Origin: Heteronotia binoei
Lineage: Eukaryota
DNA: 64,000 nucleotides
Direction of reading: 5' to 3'
Assembly: GCF_032191835.1 (NCBI RefSeq)
Contig: NC_083227.1
Coordinates: 41,230,001 to 41,294,000 of the forward strand
Part shown: positions 13,734 to 23,609 of the stretch, in pieces
How the letters are laid out: each line of letters begins with the position of its first letter
Numbering within the stretch: position 1 is the first letter of the stretch
Notes under the pieces: model-generated
The model's input: only the letters and a program-made list of their open reading frames with translations
What the model was told of the DNA's origin: nothing
Database searches by the model: none
Program-made: the position numbers and the translations under genes

Positions 13734-14542
13734 AGGAAAGAAAAACAACTGTGCCCACAGAACAGACCTTGTAATTGACTAGGAAAATATTTCTATTAAA
13801 TAAGCACAACAGCATTTAAAAACATTCCTATAGTTTCATAGCAAATTCACAAAGTCCAGTGTCTCTTAAAGCAACAATGAATAAGTTCTTCCTGTGTGAC
13901 TCCTCATGAAAATTACTTCTCCTTTCCCAAAGTCGCGAAGGCTCCAAAATTCAAGGCACCAGGAGGAATCAATGTGCAGGATTCGGCTCCAAAGGATAAG
14001 TTTCCTTCACGTGGTTGCCAGCTAGAAGATCCACGTTCCGCTATACAAAGCTTTTTCACAAGTCGAATAACAATGTTTACAAATTGCTCTCCAAGCATCA
14101 TTTCTATATGCCCACTTCTCAAAACATTTCTTCAACAGAAGGCTGTTGAAATGTTTTGAGAACTGACCGTATAGAAATGATGCTTGGAGAGCAATTTGTG
14201 AACACTGTTATTCGATTTGCGAAAAAGCTTTGTATAGCAGAACGTGGATCTTCTAGCTGGCAACCACGTGAAGGAAACTTATCCTTTGGAGCCGAATCCT
14301 GCACATTGACTCCTGGTGCCTTGAATTTTGGAGCCTTCACGACTTTGGGAAAGGAGAAGTAATTTTCATGAGGAGTCACACAGGAAGAACTTATTCATTG
14401 TTGCTTTAAGAGACACTGGACTTTGTGAATTTGCTATGAAACTATAGGAATTTTTTTTAAATGCTGTTATGCTTATTTAATAGAAATATTTTCCTAGTCA
14501 ATTACAAGGTCTCTTTTGTGGGCACAGTTGTTTTTCTTTCCT
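13734..14542. repeat. ~810-bp near-perfect palindrome (two ~405-bp arms, 4-nt loop at 14139-14142)
   Basis: Arms are reverse complements (about 14 substitutions and 3 small indels by hand); mirrored ORFs 13896-14159(+) and 14119-14379(-); 13-bp direct repeat ccaaattaattgc at 13720-13732 and 14574-14586. Confidence 0.95.
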
Positions 14543-15581
14543 CACTCTCACTGTGCCGCCACTGTTTTTTTGTCCAAATTAATTGCAGCAACTCAGCACA
14601 CATCAGTGTATTTTAGGATTTAGGGTGAAATGCTATGTCCATTTACCTGGGACTTTGGGCATAAGTACCATTGAATATTGTGGGACTTAATTCTGATCCA
14701 AGGTGACTACAAGAAACCTCCACATTCAGAGGCAGTAAACTTTTGAATACCAGTACTGAGACCATGCCAAGGGGAGGTGGCCTCTATCCCCTGGGTGTTT
14801 TTTTGTTTTTGTTTGCTCTCTAGGGTAACTGGTTTGCTGGTGTATGAAACAGGATGCTGAATTAAATGGATCTCCAGGCTCATGCACCAGGAGTCTTATG
14901 AGTAGAGACATGAACAGGATTGCACTGCTAGTGTCTAGGAAAAATACAAACATGCCAAACTTTATTAATCCAGTTGACCTGTGAGACAAAACAGTTGGAT
15001 AACCTTTACATTTAGAGGGTTTTTTTTCCAGTATTGCTTTGGAATAATAAAGTGAGTTCAAATACTTGGGTGTGTATGTTTCTCAGTGCAGTAGTTTGCA
15101 GTAGTTTGTGGAGATAACTTTATTATATATATAAAACTTCATTAGGGTTTTAAAACTGAAAAATCCTCTTGATCTTATCTCAAACATCAAAACATTCCCT
15201 CTGTGGTAAATGCTGCAGTGTAGTTAAAAAGGTAGAGACCCCTAATCTCTCCGGGCATTTGTTTAAGAAGAGCTGAGTTTGGGTTATCTTATTATTTCTT
15301 GTTAAAGAAAACCCGAGTTTGGATTATCAGCATGTTTATGGCATTCTCCTTGCTTTGTATTTAAGTATTATTATGAAATTTAAAACAAATATGAGTGAAA
15401 GTGAGCATACTGGCTCACCAATTTTTCTATAGTGTCTGCATTTCAATAAAATTTCTGTATGAAATTACCTTGGAACTGTGTGGAATTAGAAATGCTGAAT
15501 TGGAAAAATAATGTTTATTCACTTCAGTACATTTTTATCCTGTCTTCCTCCAAGAAACTTTGGTCACTGTACACTTCTCTG

Positions 15582-15752
15582 CAGGGGTGGAATTCTAACA
15601 GGAGCTCCTTTGCATGTTAGGCCACACCCCACTGATGTAGCCAATCCTCCAAGAGCTTACAAAAAAGAGTCTTGTAAGCTCTTGGAGGATTGGCTACATC
15701 ACAGGGGTGTGGCCTAATATGCAAATGAGCTCCTGGTAGAATTCCACCCCTG
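15582..15752. mobile_element. Palindromic non-autonomous DNA element (related copy ~44499-44682)
   Basis: Ends caggggtggaattct...agaattccacccctg with long internal inverted arms (ctcctttgcat...atgcaaa). Confidence 0.6.
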
Positions 15753-17788
15753 TGTGCTCTGTACTCCTTCATTTTAACCTCAAAGCCACCCTATGAGGTA
15801 AATTAGACCTAGACACGGTACCTGGCATGTGGTTACCCAGTGAGCTCCATGACAGTGTGGAAGTTTGAATCCAGGTCTCTTAAATTAACCACTACAAAAC
15901 ATTGGCCTTTCAAAAATTAATTTTCTATTACATGTGATTTACAAGACTCCATAAATTAGACAACATTACATATTCTGAGGTATATTCAGAGGAGGGAAGG
16001 TGGTGTGGTGTAGCTGAATCTTGTCAGATCTCACAAGCTAAATGGGTTGGTACATGGATGGGAGACAACTAAAGAAGATTCTTCAGAGAAAGGCAATGGC
16101 AAGCCAACTCTGCTTTACACTTCACTTGATAGCCCTTTGCTGGGGTTGCCATAAATTGGTTGTGAGAGCATTTATGTAATATATTCAGTAAGATACACAA
16201 ACTGTAAATAAACAAATATATCCTCACAAGTAAATGAGATAAGCCAACTATAAAATACATAATACAGAATCTTCAGTAAAGCTAAATATATTCCTGAATT
16301 GCTCCTACTGCATAATATTAATTCATGTGTAACTAACTTGCTACAATAATAAATTAAACTCATTTGTACCTCAAAAGTTTATTCTCAATCATTTGAATTT
16401 AAACATACACATGTTCCACTGCTATTCATAAAAAATGCATAAATACTTTTATAGGAAGATGTGATTATTTATGCCAAAATCAATAAAATGATTGCCAGCT
16501 ATCTGCAGGATAAGGTTTCTTGACATGACCATCCTGCAACTGAACTAATTCCATTAATTTCAAGTTTTGCTAGTTGCCATACTTCTGCTAACCAGATTTT
16601 AACATTTAACCTCTTTGTGCACCTGCTGTTACCACTCTTGTTGCAGTCAGCATCTCTTGCACCATGCCCCATACTTAAACTGAATATATTTATATAACCT
16701 TAGGATCCTTTGGTAATTTAATATCTAGCATTTCACATCAAGTATTTCAATACTTCTCTCCAAAAGTATTCCCCACAATGGCCTTTGTGGTAATTTTCTG
16801 AGCACAGGTGGAGGGAGCATAAGCAAACTGAGTGTTTTACTGTATACTTTGCTTCTCTCTTTCTTCTCAACAACAATCATCCACTAACCAGTACAAAATT
16901 GTGTGTCTTGAATGAAAGGGATCCATTGGGTGGCTCAGCTTTCCACCAGAGATTATCAACAGCAGCACAAATCAAATCACTGCTTACAGTGCAAGCCCAC
17001 CCAAAGGATCAGACCCTGTGATTTACTAATCCCAGCTAGGCTGCATCGTCTTTTGGGCTGAATATTGTAGTAGTGGAATAAAAGAGGAATCCAGGAGCCA
17101 CTTAAATTTGGTTAGACTTTATTCCAGGATAAGCAAAGCTTACTTTATTAGGTGCATGCAGTTGTACATCCACTGGATCATTGCAGTGAACCTAACAGCA
17201 GCCGTGGGTGATAGACACAGCCCAGACCTCACAACAAACCCAGAGGCAGACTCTATCCCCATTGAAGACACTCCAGGTACCTCAGTACAGAAATTACACA
17301 TTAGGGACTCTTTCACCAGTGAGATACATGTCACTCTCCATGGAGAGCAAACAGGTCAGTCTCTATGAAAAAGGAATAAATGGACACAAATCTAACATGA
17401 AACACTTGTCATAATTCAGAAATCAGCAGGAGAACATTGAAAGCTCAAGGACACTTTACTGGTGATCTGACAGTCACCACTGTCCGACAAAAGACATTTT
17501 AAGCATGAAGCTACTGAATTAGGATTCAGCAAGAAGCTGAACATCAGATGGCATCAATTGGGACAATTGTTCAGCTCCTGCATCTTGCCAGAAACTTACA
17601 GGCAAGCTGCTATTCTCTCTGCTTCAGACTCACAAAGGCCAGCTTTGACTTTGCTGCAATAATTCCTTCAATCAGCCGCAGCTCTTCCCTCGGCTTTATT
17701 TGGGCTTGGCTGCTGTAAAGAGATGCTCCTCATTTATCAATATGCAGGACTCTTTCGCATATAGTGCATGCTCTATGTAGCTCCTGCC

Positions 17789-18868
17789 TAGGGTTGCCAG
17801 GTCCAGCTCAGGAAATATCTGGGGACTTTGGGGGTGAAGACAGGAGCAAGGATTTGACAAGCACCATTGATCTCCAAAAGTTCTGGCCATCACCTTAAAA
17901 GGGACTGCACTCCTTTTAAATGCCTTCCCTTCATAGAAAATAATGGAGGATGGGAACACTTTCTTTTGAGGCTCATAGACTTGGACCTCCTGGTCCAATA
18001 TTTTTGAAGTGGCGGTGGGGTGAGAAGGGGCACCAGATGCAATGCTAAAATATTGGTGCTTCTACCTCAAAAAACAGCCCCCCCCAAGTCCCAGATATTC
18101 ATGGATCAATTATCCATTATACCCTATAGGGAACCAGTCTCCATAGGGCAGCAGTGGCCAAATTGTGGCTCAGGAGCCATATGTGGCTCTTTCACACATA
18201 TTGTATGGCTCTCAAAGCCCCTGGCATGGAGAAGGCATTTCTTTATTTAAATCACTTCTCCAAGCCAAGCCAGCTGGTGGCTTGGAGAATGCATTTAAAA
18301 GTTGCTTTCTTTTCCCTCCTTCTTTCCCCAATCTGTCTACTTGGCCTCAAACATCTGATGCTCATGTCTTGCAGCTCTCAAATGTCTGACATTTGTTCTG
18401 TGTGTCTCTTACATCAAGCAAGTTTGGCCACCCATAGGGCAATGTTCCCTCTAAGCTGAGTTAGTGTGAACTAGCTCACAGATTTTTAGCCTCCAGCTCA
18501 CACATTTTTGTCTTGGCTCAGGAAGGATGACCCTAAAGCACACTAATTTATGCAGTAGCTCACAACTTTAATGCCAGTAGCTCACAAAGTAGAATTTTTG
18601 CTCACAAGACTCTACGGCTTAAAGGGAACATTGCAATAGGGTATAACGGCATGTGCTCAGCGGACATTTCTCTCCCCCCTCCCCTCCGCTTTCTGATAAT
18701 TCTGAAGAGAGGGAGGGGTCCAAACCAGAGGATTTCCTGCCCCCAGCTGGGTATTGAACGAATGAGAGAAGTCACTCTAGTGATTCTTAGAAAAAACACA
18801 ACCCTAAGGTTACAGTGGCACATTTACTAATATATTGTAACGACAGACAGTTGGCAATGGCAACCCTA
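17789..18868. mobile_element. Nest of DNA-transposon MITEs (Blackjack-like host interrupted by other hAT-like elements)
   Basis: tagggttgcca at 17789, tggcaacccta ending at 18868; internal element caatgttccctctaag...ttaaagggaacattg (~18440-18632, relative at ~40915-41090). Confidence 0.55.
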
Positions 18869-18869
18869 C

Positions 18870-19391
18870 TAGGGTTGCCAATCCCCAGGTGGAGGCAGGG
18901 GATCCCCCGGTTTGGAGACACCCCCCCCCCCGCTTCAGGGTCGTCAGAAAGCGGGGGGGGGGGGGAGGGGAGGGAAATGTCTGCTGGGAACTCTGTTATT
19001 CCCTATGGAGATTTATTCCCATAGAAAATCATGGAGAATTGATCTGCAGGTATCCAGGGCTCTGGGGGGAGGGCTGTTTTTTGGGGTAGAGGAACCAAAT
19101 TTTCAGTATAGCATCTAGTGCCTCTCCCCAAAATACCCCTCCAAGTTTCAAAAAGATTGGACCAGGGGGTCCAATTCTGTGAGCCCCAAAAGAAGGTGCC
19201 CATATCCTTCACTATTTCCTATGGAAGGAAGACACTGAAAAGGTGTGCCGTCCCTTTAAATGTGATGACCAGAACTCCCTTTGGAGTTCAATTATGCTTG
19301 TCACAGCCTTGATCTTGGCTCCACCCCCAAAGTCTCCTGGCTCCACCCCGAAAGTCCCCAGATATTTCTTGAATTGGACTTGGCAACCCTA
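18870..19391. mobile_element. hAT (Blackjack-like) MITE with perfect 8-bp TSD
   Basis: TIRs tagggttgcca / tggcaacccta; TSD aaccctac at 18862-18869 and 19392-19399. Confidence 0.85.
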
Positions 19392-19479
19392 AACCCTACT
19401 CCTGCCCTCTCTTCACTGTCCCAATTTTCTCCTTCACTTTCCAATGCAGACTCTCTTTCCCAGCAGCTCTCAGTGAAAG

Positions 19480-19910
19480 AGGCGACGCACCGGCTTTAAT
19501 GCGCACGCGCAATACGGACCATTTGTACTGTAGCGGTAAATATTCGCTCCAAAGGCGGGGACGCGGGAAGGGTTGATTGGCTTTCCAGAGTGACTTTGGT
19601 CTTGGTCGCCAAAGTAGTGTTCTTTCGGGGAGTCGTAGTTCTCTTCTTTCCAAGCGTCCCTTCTGCTTCTTGGCGGGGGAACACTACCGGCTGAGCCTTC
19701 TCATCCCAAGGGACCACGCGGCATACCATTTGCCCATACAAAGAGGTACTCTCCAGCCGTACCTTTGCAGGAGACTAACGCGTACCCCCTCCCCCCCCCC
19801 CCAATGTAAGCACTTTCCATCCCCTAAAAGCAAACTGAGGGATTATTCCCCTTGCTAGGTATGTCTCCTGTTCAGAGAGCTGGAAATATCTCCCCATATG
19901 CAGCAAAGGT
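19480..19910. promoter_or_regulatory. CpG-rich promoter-like region with no assignable gene
   Basis: NRF1-like tgcgcacgcgca (~19500), GC box ggcgggg, inverted CCAAT gattgg, ZNF143/THAP11-like gggagtcgtagt (~19628); splice-donor-like AT|GTAAGC (19806) and AG|GTATGT (19859). Confidence 0.55.
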
Positions 19911-21699
19911 ACTTTCTTTTCATTCGCACTCTGCTTAGACTGGGTCTGGCTCTCACGCACAGTCTCCCTTTTTGTAGTGGGGCTTCTCCAATTATCTGCG
20001 TATCAGCAAAACGACGGTCTGTGAGTGTGAAAAAACGAAACGGTCTGGCAACAACCTTTGGGGAGAGGGGCTACAGCAGGTTCCATTGTATACTAAGCCC
20101 ACAAAACAATGCACCCCTTTTCAGAGTCCTTCAGGGGTTGGGGACCACCTTTTGTGAAGGCAGGATTGTCCTTATTGTGAGGCTATCTTGATCCCGGCAT
20201 AACGCCGGTACAATATATAGCTGCCTTTCATTTATGCTGCCAGATCACAGAGGGGAAGTCTCCTTACCCAAGAGCCAGTTACTATGATACTCCAACTGCT
20301 AGCTAGCATCTACCTCACTGATCAATATGGAAAGCTTCTCTGTTGCTGGGGGGAAATGGCAGCTGGATAACTCCTACCAAATGCTTCAGGGTAAAAAAAG
20401 GCATGTGGGTGTTGCACTTTGTGGAAATATTTATGAAATACATTGCTCACATAGCATGCATTATATGGGGAAAAAAGAGGCATCTAGCCAAGACAGCTGT
20501 TCTTTATGGCCAGTCTCTGTATACATGGAAATTCATCCACTGACCTATGCCCTGCCACTGATCTTCAGTTTTCAAAACAGCAGAAGCAAAGCAAAACAGA
20601 CTCCCTCTGAAGAAATCTGGCTGCTTTTTCCTAAAAAAAATTGCTGCTTGATTGCAACATTCTGCATTTAGGAGTCAGAGATGGTTGTTTATACGTGCAG
20701 TGCTGGGTTTTGGATTTTGCTCTGTGAGCCTCCTTGAGTTTTTGCTGGACAGATAGCATGAACATTTTATGAATAAGTCTGGAAGCAATGGGGGAAGAGA
20801 TGGGAAAATGATGTTTCAGGCCTTGCTGTTGTTGCATCTCCCACAGGATGCGTTGCAGATTCAATTACATCAGATGCTGCTAGGTGGAGCTGGTATGCAG
20901 CTATACCTTACCCTTCTGGGATGATGAAGAAAGTAATAGCAGCCAACTGTTGAACACATAAAAACACAGTTACAATACACACCCCAAAATGAAGATTCTG
21001 TAATGTCTCTTTTTGTCTATCCTTTGGCCCTGTGCCCACAGTATCTTCTCTGGACCTTAGTTTGTGCTCTGCAGGGGCCCCTTGTGGGATCTCTGTTCTC
21101 TTATAGATGAGATGTCCAGACTTGATTCTAGTCCTTGCCTAAGGAAACATCTCTACACTAATCTTAGGCCTAACCTTCATATCAAATATTAAGTCCGTGT
21201 AGATGTTAAGTCCGTGCAGATGACATACTCCAAAAAGCCATAACTGGAGAGAAAAGCCTGTGGTTGATCAACATACAAGCAACATGTCTTATGGAACCCC
21301 AAGAAGAACATATTTGATACAAGGCATATATAGCTTCCTGTACCAGCTGTATTTGTCACCCCTCTTTCCGAGAAAAGGCCTCTGAAACCCAATTTCACAC
21401 AGGCAGTACAGAAGGAGGGTAGCTCAGAAACTTTGCTGAGATACCATAGGGTGCAGAGCTCCTTTGCTGGCTGTATAGAGAGTCATCCTGTATGATGTTG
21501 TCGACACTAGCTGGCTTTTGCTTTCAGAATGGAAGGTCATCAGCAGAGAACAAAGAGAGAGGCTGTGTGTTTAGGAAGAGATATTGCCAGTGGGAAAGAA
21601 TTAATATTTCCACAGGCCACTGCAACTTCCGTGTTGGCTGCTCTTTATGCCAGCTGCCTTAGGGAGAGCCTAAGACAGGAAGGCAATATGGAACAAGTC

Positions 21700-22332
21700 T
21701 AGGCTTCCCAACCCTTCCGTCCTGGTGGGGGACCCCAGGATTTCCACCCTCTTCCCCCGCTCCCCCAAAAAACGGAAGCGGGGGGAGGGGGTGGAAACGG
21801 CACCGGGGAGGATGGCCAGCCGCCGCATCCCAGAGCCGGCGAGGCCGCCGCGCCGCTGCTGCCCCCTCCCCTCCCACTGCAGCTGCTCCTCCGAGATGAG
21901 CCCAGGCTGAGCCCATCTCAGAGGAGCACCCAAGAGGTGGCAGCAGTGCAGGGGAGCGCGAGGCAGGCCAGGAGCATGGTGAGCCGCGAATCCGGGCCCT
22001 TCTAGGACGCGGACTCGCGGCTCGCCACGCCCCCGGCCCGCCTCCACCCCCCCCCTCCGCTTCCACCCCAGAGGCGGAGCGGGCGAGGCGGCAGCGGCGC
22101 GGCAGCCTCTTCTCCGCTCGCCGTGGCTGCTCCTCCGAGATGGGCTCAGCCTGAGCCCATCTCGGAGGAGCAGCCACGGCGAGCAGAGAAGAGGCGTCAG
22201 CTGCGCAGCGGCGTCGCACGCTCCGAGACGGGGCGGCTTGCCGTTTCCCCCTCCCCCTAGCTCCACCCCAGTGTCTCCTGGCTCCACCCCCAAAGTCCCC
22301 AGATATTTTGGGGGTTGGACTTGGGAACCCTA
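21700..22332. mobile_element. CpG-rich hAT (Blackjack-like) non-autonomous element with a long internal hairpin
   Basis: TIRs taggcttccca / tgggaacccta; 8-bp TSD aacaagtc / aacaaatc (7/8); palindrome at 22105-22195. Confidence 0.8.
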
Positions 22333-23472
22333 AACAAATCCAACAAAAGCAAAAGACTTGTACATACTGTGGTAGAATTCAGTACATTCTGATAATCAGA
22401 TAGGAAGACAACCAGACAACAAGCTTAAAGATTTATCTGCCAGGCAAATGGTGATCACAGAAACAAGCAATTACACCCCCCTTCAAAGGTGGGCCTTGCT
22501 CCCTGCTTCAAAGGTGGCCAACATATTTACTGGGTTTTGTCACAGTTTCAGACATGTACACAAAATCTTAAAAGTAGAGCTTGGAGAAATACATTTTTTT
22601 CTTTGCTGCTCACAGCTCTCTGTACTACTAACCACAGTTCTCAAAAACTAAGTTTAGTCATCTGTACTTGTAGGCAACTTCCTCAGCAACGGCACTTCTG
22701 CTGCTTTCCAGCTGCTGAGCTCTGTAAAAGCCTTTTTGAAAGCTTTGCACACACAAAAACTGAAAACACCCAAATTACTCAAATACAGCTTCAGTCAGGC
22801 CCAACTAGATTATTTCTTCCGCAATAGCAGGGGAAGGTTCTGCACTCTGGTAGCAACTTTGACATGGCTTCTAAAGCACTTTCCTCCTCCAAGTCATGCC
22901 CAGTCTCCTGGACATGCATCAAGGCTAAATATCAGTGCCCTGTCAGTGTTGAGTTCCTTTAAGAACTAAACTGCTGAGTCAAGGTTATGCAACTAAAACT
23001 ATACAGCTGTGATAGAAGTCACGAGAAGCACAGGTGTGGCCCATGTTACCAATCAGGCTTAGGATTGGGTGGCTGCACTATATCTGTGGTAGCATTAGCC
23101 ACAGCACTTTGCCTTGGTTACATGCCGTGCCTTGGCCTTGGGCGATGCTGTATGAATAACATATGTGAAGGAGAAACTCTGTTGAACTGTTTCTTGGAAG
23201 GAGTGACTTACTGACTGACTTGCTGGATTCATGTAATGTATTGGACTGATTTTTGACTTCTCTATTGGACTGTGATTTGGTGCTGCATATTGGAGGACTG
23301 CTATTCTGTGTATGACCATTGCCTGTTTTGACTGCCTCTTCCGTTTGACCCAAAATATATCTGTTAACTGGCTGTTGTGGAGTCTGTGCTTTTACCACAG
23401 TGTTCTGGAGTGCACCCAACTATCTACTCACTCAGGGGACCACACCTTCCTGCGCATTCAAACTCTGTCATC

Positions 23473-23486
23473 GGTTATGGGCCCAG
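23473..23486 (+). other. Primer-binding site complementary to the internal (anticodon-arm) part of initiator tRNA-Met
   Basis: GGTTATGGGCCCAG is the reverse complement of CTGGGCCCATAACC in tRNA-iMet; 2 nt after the 5' LTR. Confidence 0.9.
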
Positions 23487-23609
23487 TGCGTAGGTCTCCT
23501 GGAGAGTAAGAGCGCTACGTGCCATCAGTTCCTGTGGTCTACTCGAGGTCTACTCGTGAGTAACAGCCATTTTTGGGCGTGGCAGTTTTTTGTTTTTTAC
23601 ACAGGCAGA

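Noticed and set aside
17066-17472. Possible solo LTR (TG...CA, reverse AATAAA)
   Set aside because: No matching TSD and no second copy in the window; boundaries unsupported.
21659-22293. 186- and 207-aa Arg/Ala/Gly-rich ORFs as a gene or a true gene promoter
   Set aside because: They lie wholly within a TIR- and TSD-bounded MITE; GC-rich stop-poor sequence.
23400-23609. N-terminal 70 codons of the 1369-aa ORF-track call
   Set aside because: Starts at a TTG inside the LTR and crosses the PBS; the first ATG (23610) directly precedes the Gag motif.
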